From assembly GCA_041394285.1 (NCBI GenBank), contig JAWKIL010000026.1, forward strand, positions 1,763-65,762: a stretch of DNA of 64,000 nucleotides. Reading direction: 5' to 3'. Position 1 is the stretch's first letter. The number at the start of each line of letters is the position of its first letter. Source of the stretch: Acidimicrobiales bacterium. Its GTDB lineage: Bacteria > Actinomycetota > Acidimicrobiia > Acidimicrobiales > SZUA-35. The position numbers and the translations under genes are program-made. The notes under the pieces were generated by a model. It ran no database searches, was not told the DNA's origin, and saw only the letters and a list, made by a program, of their open reading frames with translations. Below are positions 53,570-63,081 of the stretch, one piece after another.

Positions 53570-54724
53570 TCAGAAGCCGAGGGACCGGCCCACGATCTCC
53601 TTCATGATCTCGTTGGTGCCGCCGTAGATGCGCTGCACCCGGGCGTCCCGGAAGGCCCGGGCGATGGGGTACTCCTCCATGTAGCCGTAGCCGCCGAACA
53701 GCTGGAGGCAGCGGTCGACCACCCGGAACTCGAGGTCGGAGCACCACCACTTGGCTTCGGCCGCGTCGTCGGCCGACAGCTCGCCGTCCAGGTACGCCTG
53801 CGTCTGGCGGTCGATGAACACCTGGGCCACGTCGAGCTCGGTCTTCATCTCGGCCAGGGTGAACTTGGCGCTCTGGAACGAGCCGATGGGCTGGCCGAAG
53901 GCCTGGCGCTCCTTGCAGTACTCCACCGTCCAGCCGAAGGCGGCCCAGGCGTGGGCCACCGCCCCCACGGCCAGCGACAGCCGTTCCCGGGGCAGGTTGC
54001 GCACCAGGTGGAAGAAGCCCTGCCCTTCCTCGCCCCCCAACAGGTTGGCCGCCGGCACCCGAACATCGCTGAAGAACAGCTCGGCCGTGTCCTGGGCGTG
54101 CATGCCCACCTTGTCGAGGTTGCGGCCCCGGCTGAAGCCCTCCATGCCATCCTCCACGATCAGCAGGCTCATGCCCCGGTGGGCCTGGCTGGGATCGGTC
54201 TTGGCCGCCACGATCACCACGTCGGAGTTGATCCCGTTGGTGATGAACGTCTTGGCTCCGTTGAGGATGTAGCAGTCGCCGTCCCGGATCGCCGTGGTGC
54301 GGATCCCGGCCAGGTCGGAGCCGGTGCCCGGCTCGGTCATGGCCACCGCCGCCATCAGCTGGCCCGAGGCCAGGCCGGGCAGCCACCGGGCCTTCTGCTC
54401 GTCGTCGGTGAGATCGGTGAAATACGGCAGGCAGATGTCGTTGTGCAGCGTGATGCACATGCCCGACGCCATCACCCCGGCCCGCTGGATCTCCTCGTCG
54501 ATGATGACGTTGAAGCGGAAGTCGTCGACCCCGCCCCCGCCCAGCGATTCGGGGATCTCCATGCCCAGGAAGCCGTTCTCGCCGGCCCGGCGGAACATGG
54601 CCTTGTCGACGATGCCGGCCTGCTCCCAGGCATCGGCGTGAGGGACGATCTCCCGCTCCACGAATGCCCGGAACGACTCCCGGAACAGATCGTGCTCGGG
54701 ACCGAACAAGGTGCGCTTCAGCAT
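53570..54724 (-). CDS. Acyl-CoA dehydrogenase
   Basis: Starts at MLKRTLFGPEHDLFRESFRAF. MTEPGTGSDLAG and a YGGTNEIMKEIVGRSLGF ending are present. Confidence 0.9.
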   Translation of the reverse strand: MLKRTLFGPEHDLFRESFRAFVEREIVPHADAWEQAGIVDKAMFRRAGENGFLGMEIPESLGGGGVDDFRFNVIIDEEIQRAGVMASGMCITLHNDICLPYFTDLTDDEQKARWLPGLASGQLMAAVAMTEPGTGSDLAGIRTTAIRDGDCYILNGAKTFITNGINSDVVIVAAKTDPSQAHRGMSLLIVEDGMEGFSRGRNLDKVGMHAQDTAELFFSDVRVPAANLLGGEEGQGFFHLVRNLPRERLSLAVGAVAHAWAAFGWTVEYCKERQAFGQPIGSFQSAKFTLAEMKTELDVAQVFIDRQTQAYLDGELSADDAAEAKWWCSDLEFRVVDRCLQLFGGYGYMEEYPIARAFRDARVQRIYGGTNEIMKEIVGRSLGF

Positions 54725-54825
54725 CGCCGCCACCGTACCGGCCGGCCCTCGGGCCCGGCCACTGCTCGGCCGGGGCCCCGTCTCGGCCGGGACCCTCCCC
54801 CGGCCGGCAGCTACGCTGCTGGGCC

Positions 54826-55494
54826 ATGTCCAACGTGGTGCTGCTCCTGGCCGGGGGCAGCGAGCCAGGTTCCGAGCTGCTGGCGGCCCTGCCGGGTGAC
54901 GGGGTGCGTTGCATCGCCGCCGACTCCGGGCTCGACCACGCCCGGGCTCTGGGGCTGCGGCCCGAGCTCGTGGTGGGCGACCTCGACTCGGTCTCGCCCG
55001 CCGCCCTGGCCTGGGCCGAGGCCGAGGGCATCCCCGTCGAGCGTCACCCGGCGGACAAGGCCCCGACCGATCTGGGGCTGGCCCTCGTCCGGGCGGTGGC
55101 CCTGGCCCCCGACCGGGTGCTGGTGGCCGGGATCGGGGGCGGCCGGCTCGACCACTTCCTGGCCAACATCGGGGTGCTGGCCAGCCCCCGCTGGGCGGCC
55201 GTGGCCCTCGACGGCTGGATCGACGGGGCCCGTATCGCCGTGGTCCATCCGGGCCGGCCCCGGGTGCTGGACGGGGCACCGGGCGATCTCCTCAGTTTGT
55301 TACCGATCAACGGCGACGCCGTGGGCGTGTCGGTCACCGGGGTGACCTGGCCCTTGGCTGACGAGACGCTGGCGGCCAGCTCCAGCCGCGGCGTCAGTAA
55401 CGTGTTTACCCAGGTCAGCGTCGTTGTGGAACTGTCTGGGGGTACCTTGTTGGCGGTGCGGCCGGCTCCTTCGGCATCCGCTGCCGGGGTTTGA
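54826..55494 (+). CDS. Thiamine pyrophosphokinase
   Basis: Starts at MSNVVLLLAGG. The GDLDS motif (VVGDLDSVS), KAPTDL and GGGRLDH are present. Confidence 0.8.
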   Translation: MSNVVLLLAGGSEPGSELLAALPGDGVRCIAADSGLDHARALGLRPELVVGDLDSVSPAALAWAEAEGIPVERHPADKAPTDLGLALVRAVALAPDRVLVAGIGGGRLDHFLANIGVLASPRWAAVALDGWIDGARIAVVHPGRPRVLDGAPGDLLSLLPINGDAVGVSVTGVTWPLADETLAASSSRGVSNVFTQVSVVVELSGGTLLAVRPAPSASAAGV

Positions 55495-55612
55495 CAACCC
55501 GCAGAATCGCCCACCGTCAAGGTGGGCCGCCCGGCTTAGGCTTCATGAAATCTCAATACAGACCTGTGTGGGGCGCGAGGTCAGAGGCAGGCTGAGCCTG
55601 CAGGAGGACAAC

Positions 55613-56911
55613 GTGGCGACCATTGCCATCATCGGTACGGGGTATGTGGGCCTCACCACCGGAGCCTGTTTCGCCCATCTCGGCCACGAGGTGATCTGCG
55701 CCGACGTCGACGAACAGAAGATCGCCCGACTTCGGGCCGGGGAGATCCCGATCGTGGAGAAAGGCCTCGACCGCCTCGTCGACGAGGGCATCCGGTCCGG
55801 GAACCTGCGGTTCGTGGTGGGGGCGGCAGAGGCGTCGAAGCACGCCGAGTTCCACTACCTGTGCGTCCCCACCCCCCAGGGGGAGGACGGGGCGGCCGAC
55901 CTCAGCTACCTGGAGGCGGCGGCGGCCGAGATCGCCCCCGTGCTGCCCACCAACAGCATCGTGGTCAACAAGTCGACCGTGCCCGTGGGCTCCACCCGGG
56001 TCGTGGGCCGGGTGCTGAACCGGCCCGACGTGACCGTGGTCTCGAATCCCGAGTTCCTCCGAGAGGGCACCGCGGTGCAGGACTTCCTCCACCCCGACCG
56101 GGTGGTGATCGGCTCCCGAGACACCGAGGCCTCCATCCGGGTGGCCGGGCTGTACGCCCGCATCGCGGCGCCGATCATGGTGACCGATCCGGTGTCGGCC
56201 GAGACCATCAAGTACGCCTCCAACGCCTTCCTGGCGGCCAAGCTGTCGTTCGTCAACGCCATCGCCACCCTGTGCGAAGCAGTGGGGGCGGACGTGAACG
56301 ACGTGGTGCTGGGCATGGGGTACGACTCCCGCATCGGGCGGGAGTTCCTCCGCCCCGGGCCGGGCTGGGGTGGCAGCTGCTTCCCCAAGGACACCCGGGC
56401 CCTGGCCAACATCGCCAAGGAGGCCGGGTACGACTTCAGCTTCCTCGATCAGGTGCTGAAGGTGAACGACGACCAGTTCGACCGGACGGCCCAGAAGGTG
56501 CTCGACGCCATCGACCCCGCCGTCGCCGACTCCACCCACGTGGCCTTCCTCGGGCTCACGTTCAAGGCCGGCACCGACGACCTGCGGGAGTCGCCGTCGA
56601 TCGAGGTGCTGCGCCGGGTCCTGGCGGCAGGGGTGAAGGTCAAGGCCTACGATCCGGCCGTGCTGCCCGACGACGGCCGCCTGGCCCGCACCTACCCCGA
56701 CCTCGACGTGGAGCTCACCTCTGATCCCTACGCCGCGGCCGAGGGGGCCTCGGTGATGGCGATCATGACGGAGTGGGACGAGTTCGCCGGCCTCGACTTC
56801 GACAAGATGGCGGAGATCATGGCCCGCCGGTCGATCGTCGATGCACGCAACCTGCTGGAGCCGACGATCCCCCGCCGCCGGGGTTTCGTCTACCGCGGCG
56901 TCGGCCGCTGA
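55613..56911 (+). CDS. UDP-glucose 6-dehydrogenase
   Basis: The GTG start has GGAGGA upstream. Rossmann motif IAIIGTGYVGL and the catalytic region GWGGSCFPKD are present. Confidence 0.9.
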   Translation: MATIAIIGTGYVGLTTGACFAHLGHEVICADVDEQKIARLRAGEIPIVEKGLDRLVDEGIRSGNLRFVVGAAEASKHAEFHYLCVPTPQGEDGAADLSYLEAAAAEIAPVLPTNSIVVNKSTVPVGSTRVVGRVLNRPDVTVVSNPEFLREGTAVQDFLHPDRVVIGSRDTEASIRVAGLYARIAAPIMVTDPVSAETIKYASNAFLAAKLSFVNAIATLCEAVGADVNDVVLGMGYDSRIGREFLRPGPGWGGSCFPKDTRALANIAKEAGYDFSFLDQVLKVNDDQFDRTAQKVLDAIDPAVADSTHVAFLGLTFKAGTDDLRESPSIEVLRRVLAAGVKVKAYDPAVLPDDGRLARTYPDLDVELTSDPYAAAEGASVMAIMTEWDEFAGLDFDKMAEIMARRSIVDARNLLEPTIPRRRGFVYRGVGR

Positions 56912-56960
56912 TTTCACGGCATCCTGAAAGCAGGCCCTAACAGGGAGCAGGGATAACGAT

Positions 56961-57899
56961 ATGGCGCGTGTGGTGGTTACGGGTGGGTCGGGGTTCGTCG
57001 GCTCGCATGTGTGCGAGGCCCTACTGGAACGAGGCGACGAGGTCGTCTGCATCGACAACCTGGTCACCGGCAACGCCGACAACATCGCCCACCTGATCGG
57101 CCACGACGGGTTCGAGTTCGTCCGTCACGACGTGTCCCGCCAGCTGTGGGTGAAGGGCCCGGTCGATCGGGTCATGCACCTCGCCTCCCCCGCCTCACCG
57201 GTCGACTTCGAGCGGATCCCGATCGAGATCCTCGACGTCGGCTCGATCGGCACCCGCAACTGCCTGGAACTGGCCGAAGCCAAGGGGGCCCGCTTCTTCC
57301 TCGCTTCCACCAGCGAGGTCTACGGTGACCCGCTGGTCCACCCCCAGCCCGAGACGTACTGGGGCAACGTGAACCCCAACGGGCCCCGCTCCATGTACGA
57401 CGAGGCCAAGCGGTTCGCCGAGGCCCTCACGTTCGCCTGGCACCGGGCCCGGGGGGTCGAGGTGCGGGTAGTGCGGATCTTCAACACCTACGGGCCCCGG
57501 ATGCGGCCCGAGGACGGCCGGGTGGTGTCGAACTTCATCACCCAGGCCCTGCAGAACCAGCCGCTCACGGTCTACGGCGACGGGTCCCAGACCCGCAGCT
57601 TCTGTTACGTCGACGACCAGGTGCGGGGCCACCTGGCCCTGCTCGACGGCGAGCACACGGGCCCGATCAACATCGGCAACGACGGCGAGTTCACGATGTT
57701 GGAGCTGGCCGAGGTCGTGATCAAGGTGACCAACTCGGCCAGCGAGATCACCTTCGCCCCGCTTCCCTCCGACGACCCCACCCGGCGGCGGCCCGACCTC
57801 ACCGAAGCCAACGCCAAGCTGTCGTGGAAGCCGACGGTGTCGCTGGAGGAGGGCGTGGGCCGCACGGCCGCCTGGTTCCAGTCGGTCCTCGGTCTCTGA
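56961..57899 (+). CDS. UDP-glucuronate decarboxylase (UDP-xylose synthase), extended SDR
   Basis: VVVTGGSGFVGSH, YDEAKR and RIFNTYGPRM...GRVVSNFI...GDGSQTRSFCYVDD are characteristic of UXS enzymes. Confidence 0.85.
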   Translation: MARVVVTGGSGFVGSHVCEALLERGDEVVCIDNLVTGNADNIAHLIGHDGFEFVRHDVSRQLWVKGPVDRVMHLASPASPVDFERIPIEILDVGSIGTRNCLELAEAKGARFFLASTSEVYGDPLVHPQPETYWGNVNPNGPRSMYDEAKRFAEALTFAWHRARGVEVRVVRIFNTYGPRMRPEDGRVVSNFITQALQNQPLTVYGDGSQTRSFCYVDDQVRGHLALLDGEHTGPINIGNDGEFTMLELAEVVIKVTNSASEITFAPLPSDDPTRRRPDLTEANAKLSWKPTVSLEEGVGRTAAWFQSVLGL

Positions 57900-57924
57900 C
57901 CCGCGGGCGGCCACCCCAGATCCC

Positions 57925-57971
57925 GATCTCTGACACGGCGGCGCCAGGACCGGGACCGGGCGTCAGAGTTC
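57925..57971. repeat. 47-nt palindromic element, subfamily A
   Basis: gatctctgac-N27-gtcagagttc, between the UXS stop (57899) and the glycosyltransferase start. Confidence 0.75.
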
Positions 57972-57998
57972 CCGGTGGCGGTGGCAGAATCGACGCCG

Positions 57999-59129
57999 AT
58001 GATCCGCCTCGGGGTTCCGGTCGAGCAGTTCTGGCACCGGGTCCCCGGAGGCACGGGTCGGGCCACCTACGGCACCCTGCGGGCCCTCGCCGACGCTGGC
58101 GCCACCGCCACCCCTCGAGGTGGGGTGGAGGCCCGGCTCCTGGCGGCCTGGCACCGGCCGTCCCGCCGGCACCCCCCCGGCCTGGGTGAGCTCGGCCCGG
58201 TGCGGTTCGCCCCGCTGCCCCGGCCCGTGCTGTACGAGAGCTGGCTCCGCTTGGGCCGACCCCGGGTGGAGCCGTGGACCGGTCCGGTGGATGTGGTGTG
58301 GGCGGCGGCCATGGTGATGGCCCCCAGCCGGGCCCCGGTGGTGGCCACCGTGCACGACCTGGGGTTCCTCGACCATCCGGAGCGCAGCTCCCGCCGGGGC
58401 CGGGACTTCTTCCCCCGGGCCTGGGCGGCGGTGGGGGAGCGGGCGGCCGCGGTGGTGTGCCCGTCGCAGGTGGTGGCCGACGACTGCGCCCGCCACGGCC
58501 TCGACCCGTCCCGGGTACGGGTGGTCCCCTGGGGTGTGGCGGCCACCCGGGTGCCCGCCGCCGCCGCCGAGGCGGCCCGCCGCCGCCACTGCCTGCCGAC
58601 CCCGTTCGCCCTGTGGGTCGGCACGCTGGAGCCCCGCAAGAACCTGGAGCGCCTGGTGGCGGCGATCGGCCAGGTGCCGGGCCTCCACCTGGCCGTGGTC
58701 GGCCCGGCGGGCTGGAACCTCGACGGCCGCGACGTGCTGGCCCCCCTGGAGGGGCGGGTCCACCGGCTCGGTCCGGTGAGCGATGCCGAACTGGGCGCCC
58801 TGTACCGGGCGGCCGCGGTGTTCGTGTTCCCGTCGCTGCTGGAAGGGTTCGGGCTCCCGGTGCTGGAGGCGATGGCCCAGGGCACACCCGTTGTGACCAG
58901 CGCCGGAACCGCCACGGCCGAAGCGGCAGGGGAGGCCGCCCTCCTCGTCGACCCGCTCGATGTCGACGCCGTGGCCGGCGCTGTGGCCTCCGTCCTCGAC
59001 GATCCGGATCTCGCCGCCGACCTGGGCCGGCGCGGTCTCCAGCGGGCCGCCGAACGCTCGTGGGCCGCCACCGCCGCCGGCTACGCCGTCGTCTTCGCCC
59101 ACGTCGCCGGCCGGGGTCCGGATCTCTGA
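57999..59129 (+). CDS. Glycosyltransferase family 4 (GT-B, Glycos_transf_1)
   Basis: Starts at MIRLGVPVEQF. The C-terminal domain has VFVFPSLLEGFGLPVLEAMAQGTPVV (EX7E-type motif). Confidence 0.8.
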   Translation: MIRLGVPVEQFWHRVPGGTGRATYGTLRALADAGATATPRGGVEARLLAAWHRPSRRHPPGLGELGPVRFAPLPRPVLYESWLRLGRPRVEPWTGPVDVVWAAAMVMAPSRAPVVATVHDLGFLDHPERSSRRGRDFFPRAWAAVGERAAAVVCPSQVVADDCARHGLDPSRVRVVPWGVAATRVPAAAAEAARRRHCLPTPFALWVGTLEPRKNLERLVAAIGQVPGLHLAVVGPAGWNLDGRDVLAPLEGRVHRLGPVSDAELGALYRAAAVFVFPSLLEGFGLPVLEAMAQGTPVVTSAGTATAEAAGEAALLVDPLDVDAVAGAVASVLDDPDLAADLGRRGLQRAAERSWAATAAGYAVVFAHVAGRGPDL

Positions 59130-59167
59130 CCTGGCGTACCGAAGGGCCACTGCCGGCGTCAGAGTTC
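59121..59167. repeat. 47-nt palindromic element, subfamily A; it overlaps the stop codon of the upstream glycosyltransferase
   Basis: gatctctgac-N27-gtcagagttc; the TGA at 59127-59129 lies inside the left arm. Confidence 0.75.
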
Positions 59168-59215
59168 GCCGATGGGGGTGGGTATGGCACCGCTTGCGCC
59201 GCCGGGGCTGGTTAG

Positions 59216-60352
59216 ATGGCAGCGATGGTGACGGTTGGCGTCAACCTCCTGTGGCTGGTGCCGGGCGTGGTGGGAGGCTCCGAGGAGTACACCCTGCGCC
59301 TGCTGGGGGCGCTCGACCAGCTCGGCGTCGCCGACGACCTGTGGCTCCGGTTGTACGGGAGCTCCGACCTGTTCGAGGCCCACCCCCATCTGGCCCGCCA
59401 GTTCGAGACCCGGGTGTCGCCGGTGGGATCGAGATCCAAGGGGGTGCGGATCGGGGCCGAGAACAGCTGGCTGGCGGCGGTGAGCCGGAACGACGACCTG
59501 GTGCACCACGCCGGTGGGGTGGTGCCGTTCGTGCGGTCCCAGACCTCGGTGCTCACGATCCACGATCTCCAACCGCTGGAGATGCCCGGGAACTTCTCGC
59601 CCCTCAAGCGCCGCTGGCTGGGCTCGATGCTGCCCCGCTCGGTGCGGGCGGCGCGGCTCGTGCTGTGCCCCAGCGAGTTCACCGCCGGCACGATCACCGA
59701 GCGGTTGGGTGTGCCCCCCGAGCGGGTGCGGGTGGTCCGCCACGGCCACGAGCCCACTGAGCCCGGCGTCCTCGACGCTGGTGCCGACGCCGCCCTCACC
59801 GCCCGCTACGGCCGCTACCTGCTGCTCCCCGCGATCGCCTACGCCCACAAGCGCCACGTCGATGCGGTGGCCGCCCTCGACCGGCTACGCGACCGTTTCG
59901 GCGACCTGCACCTGGTGTGCACCGGCCGGCCCGGGCCCGAGACGCCGGCGCTGGAGCGTCTGATCAGCGAGCTGGCCCTGACCGACCGGGTGCACCTCCT
60001 GGGCCGGGTGCCGGCCGACGAGCTCGACGCCCTCTACCGTTCGGCTGCCGCCCTGGTGTTCCCCTCGGCCTACGAGGGGTTCGGCAACCCGGCCCTGGAG
60101 GCGATGGCCCGGGGCTGCCCTGTGGTGGCCACCACTGCCGGCGCCCTGCCCGAGGTGGTGGGCGACGCCGGCCTGCTCGTACCGCCGGGTCGGCCCGGGG
60201 CCCTGGCCGCGGCCGTGGCCCGGGTGCTCGACGAACCGGGCCTGGCCGAGCGGCTCCGGGCCGAAGGGCCGGCCCGGGCCGATCGCTTCTCCTGGCTCCG
60301 GGCCGGGCGCGAGCTGGCCACCGCCTATCGAGACGCCCTGGAGGGCCGATGA
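59216..60352 (+). CDS. Glycosyltransferase family 4
   Basis: 378 aa with ALVFPSAYEGFGNPALEAMARGCPVV. Confidence 0.8.
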   Translation: MAAMVTVGVNLLWLVPGVVGGSEEYTLRLLGALDQLGVADDLWLRLYGSSDLFEAHPHLARQFETRVSPVGSRSKGVRIGAENSWLAAVSRNDDLVHHAGGVVPFVRSQTSVLTIHDLQPLEMPGNFSPLKRRWLGSMLPRSVRAARLVLCPSEFTAGTITERLGVPPERVRVVRHGHEPTEPGVLDAGADAALTARYGRYLLLPAIAYAHKRHVDAVAALDRLRDRFGDLHLVCTGRPGPETPALERLISELALTDRVHLLGRVPADELDALYRSAAALVFPSAYEGFGNPALEAMARGCPVVATTAGALPEVVGDAGLLVPPGRPGALAAAVARVLDEPGLAERLRAEGPARADRFSWLRAGRELATAYRDALEGR

Positions 60353-61593
60353 AGCTCCTCATCCTGTGTCCCCACTTCGAGCCGGATCTCCACGCCGCCA
60401 CCGGTGAGGTCATGACCCGGCTGGTGGAGGGGCTGGCCAAGCGGGGCCACCAGATCAGCGTGGTGACGGCGCTGCCCTGGTACAAGGAGCACGACGTGGA
60501 GCCCGAGTGGCGGGGCCGGCCGTGGCGCTCGGAGCGGGTGGCCTGGGGCCGGATCGTGCGGGTGTGGCCGTTCCCCACCGACAAGTCGAACGTGGCGGCC
60601 CGGGCCGTGGGGTTCCTCGGCTTCACCGGGCTGGCCGCCGGGGCCGCCCTCACCCTGGGCCGGCACGATGCCGTGCTGGCCATGTCGCCCCCGATCTTCC
60701 TGGGCGACGCCGCCTGGGCCGTGGCCCGCCGGTGGCGGATCCCGATGGTGTTCAACGTCCAGGACATCTTCCCCGACGTGGCCGTCGACCTCGGGGCGCT
60801 CACCAACCCCCGGGTGATCGCCCTGGCCCGGCGCCACGAGCGGTCGCTGTATCGGCGGGCCGACGCCGTGACCGTGCTCTCCGACGACCAGGCCGACAAC
60901 GTGCGGGCCAAGATGGCGCCTGCGATCCAGGGCCGGGTGTCGATCATCCACAACTTCGTGGACCTCGACCGGGTGCCGGTGGTGGAACGGGACAACGGGT
61001 ACCGCCGCCGTCACGGCCTCGGGGGCACGACGGTGGTGATGTACGCCGGCAACGTGGGGTTGTCGCAGCCGTTCGACATGATCCGGGCCGCCGCCGAGCG
61101 CTTCGCCTCCCGGCCCGACGTCCACTTCGTGATCAACGGCGAAGGAGCGGCCCGCAGCGAGGTCGATGCCTGGGCCGCCGGGCGGTCCAACGTCACCGTG
61201 GCCGATTTCGTGCCCCGGGACCAGGTGGGGGAGTTGCTGGGGGCGGCCGACCTCCAGCTGATCCTCCTCAAACGGGGCCTGGCCCGCTCCAGCACGCCGT
61301 CCAAGCTGTACGGCGCCCTGGCCAGCGGCCGGCCCATCCTGGCCAGCATCGACGAAGGCAGCGAGGTGGCCAAGGTGGTGGAGCAGGCCGGCGCCGGCCT
61401 GGCCGTCGGACCGGAAGACACCCCCGCTTTCCTCGATGCGCTGGAGCGGCTGCTGGCCGATCCGGTGGAGATGGAGGCCATGGGCCGGCGGGGGCGGGCC
61501 CATGTGGAGCGCTGGATGTCGCCCGAGGTTCAGGCCGAGCGCTACGAGGAGCTGTTCACCACGCTGCTCGCCCTCCGGGGCCGCCAGCCGTGA
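60349..61593 (+). CDS. Glycosyltransferase family 4, WcaI-like
   Basis: Starts at MKLLILCPHFEPDLHAATG, with the ATG overlapping the upstream TGA. LILLKRGLARSSTPSKLYGALASGRPIL resembles WcaI-type enzymes. Confidence 0.8.
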   Translation: MKLLILCPHFEPDLHAATGEVMTRLVEGLAKRGHQISVVTALPWYKEHDVEPEWRGRPWRSERVAWGRIVRVWPFPTDKSNVAARAVGFLGFTGLAAGAALTLGRHDAVLAMSPPIFLGDAAWAVARRWRIPMVFNVQDIFPDVAVDLGALTNPRVIALARRHERSLYRRADAVTVLSDDQADNVRAKMAPAIQGRVSIIHNFVDLDRVPVVERDNGYRRRHGLGGTTVVMYAGNVGLSQPFDMIRAAAERFASRPDVHFVINGEGAARSEVDAWAAGRSNVTVADFVPRDQVGELLGAADLQLILLKRGLARSSTPSKLYGALASGRPILASIDEGSEVAKVVEQAGAGLAVGPEDTPAFLDALERLLADPVEMEAMGRRGRAHVERWMSPEVQAERYEELFTTLLALRGRQP

Positions 61594-61713
61594 GCCGTTC
61601 GGTCCCTTCCCGTGGGCAAATCGGTGGCCGGAAGTTGGCCGAGACGGTCCCTGGGTATCATCGCAGCTCAGTACCTACCTGCCGGGCGACATGATGAAGC
61701 GGGTGCATCTCCC

Positions 61714-62205
61714 TTGACCGACCCAGTTGACAAGCCAGTGTTGACGATCCTGAGCGGCTACTTCAGCCCGCTCCACATCGGCCACCTCGACATGATCGAG
61801 GCCGGTGCGGAGCACGGAGACCGCCTCGTGGTCATCGTCAACAACAACGAGCAGCAGCGCCTGAAGAAGGGCAAGGTGATCCTCGACGAGCAGGATCGCC
61901 TGCGGATCGTGAAGGCCCTGCGGGTCGTCGACGACGCCATCATCGCCGTCGACACCGATCGCACGGTCTCGGCCTCGCTGCGCCTACTGGCCGAGAAGTA
62001 CGGCGACAGCCACCGCCTCGTGTTCGCCAACGGCGGAGACCGGGCGTCGGGGGCCGTGGTGCCCGAGACGGCGGTGTGCGAGGAGTTCGGGATCGAGATG
62101 GTGTTCGGGATGGGCGGCAGCGACAAGGCCGACTCCAGCACCCGGATCAACATGGCCCTCGGCGTCGAGACCGAGGCTTCGGCCCTGCCCTCGGCCAACA
62201 GCTGA
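61714..62205 (+). CDS. Cytidylyltransferase-like nucleotidyltransferase (HxGH superfamily; TagD / RfaE domain II-like)
   Basis: GYFSPLHIGHLDMI (HxGH motif) and a C-terminal SDKADSSTRI. The start is uncertain: TTG 61714, GTG 61738 or ATG 61612. GC is about 60-62%. Confidence 0.7.
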   Translation: MTDPVDKPVLTILSGYFSPLHIGHLDMIEAGAEHGDRLVVIVNNNEQQRLKKGKVILDEQDRLRIVKALRVVDDAIIAVDTDRTVSASLRLLAEKYGDSHRLVFANGGDRASGAVVPETAVCEEFGIEMVFGMGGSDKADSSTRINMALGVETEASALPSANS

Positions 62206-62432
62206 ACTTTCCCGGCGCGACGGTACCCCTCGTCCGGCGAACCCCCGACCGATCTGTTGCGTCAGCGCGGCCCGTCCGGCACGGTGCGCCGTGGCCGGAA
62301 AGGCACGCAGGTTCGGCTGAGCGGAGCGGTGCCGGCTGCGGCAGCCTGATGGATCAGAGCAGTGTGCGCATCGTGAGCGTTTCCGACCGCTCTACAGGTA
62401 TGCCGTTCCTGCTCGGGCGAAGGGACCCGTCA

Positions 62433-62768
62433 TCAACGACTGTCGGCTCGACCCAAGAGGCTTCGGACGGCAGCGGCCAGCGGGGAGAGTTCGTGGTCGA
62501 CCACATCGGCCACGATGGCGTGGTCGGTATCGAAGTATCGGTGGGCGAGGTGGTCGCGCATCCGGGCGATGGCGCGCCAGGGGATGGTCGGTTCGGTGTC
62601 GAGCAGTGTTGTGTCGATGCCCTTCACCGCCTCGCCGATCTCGATCAGGCGAACCCGTACGGCGTCGTAGACGATCCCTTTGTGCAGATCACCATGAGTC
62701 AGATGATCGTTGATCGCCTCGATGGCGACGAGGATGTCGGCCAGGCGGGAGGCGTCCTGACGGCTCAC
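62433..62768 (-). CDS. HepT-like (DUF86) toxin of a type VII HepT/MNT toxin-antitoxin pair
   Basis: 111 aa with the RX4HXY motif RDHLAHRYF. Its GTG start overlaps the upstream stop (GTGA). Confidence 0.85.
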   Translation of the reverse strand: MSRQDASRLADILVAIEAINDHLTHGDLHKGIVYDAVRVRLIEIGEAVKGIDTTLLDTEPTIPWRAIARMRDHLAHRYFDTDHAIVADVVDHELSPLAAAVRSLLGRADSR

Positions 62769-63081
62769 AAGGGCACGGCCTCGGCCAAGACCTCGTCTCG
62801 AATTTGCGTCCGGAGGGTCTCAGGTGTGCCGATGTCGACTGGCACGCCCAACGCTGCTTCCAACTCCGCGCCGAGCAGCAGCAACTCGAATGGACGGGTA
62901 CCGGCTCGAACTCCACGATGAAGTCGAGGTCACTGGCAGGGTGGTCGTCGCCACGAGCTGGGACCGAACCGAAGAGCGCTATCGACCGACTGTGATGGCG
63001 CGGCTAAGGGCCTTGATTTCGTTGCGGTGAGCCTCGACCAGCTCCCCGCAGCGGCGTCCGGCGCGTATCGGTCACGTCCAC
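62765..63081 (-). pseudogene. MNT-type nucleotidyltransferase antitoxin, readable only across three or four frames
   Basis: The pieces are ELVEAHRNEIKALSR, then HHSRSIALFGSVPARGDDHPASDLDFIVEFEP, then GTRPFELLLLGAELEAALGVPVDIGTPETLRTQIRDEVLAEAVPL followed by the stop. Junctions lie near 62,902 and 63,000. The 5' end is uncertain. Confidence 0.6.

Noticed and set aside
62076-62921. 281-aa plus-strand ORF spanning the end of the cytidylyltransferase gene and the TA module
   Set aside because: It is antisense to the well-supported HepT gene and has no motifs. It is Arg/Gly/Val-rich shadow sequence.
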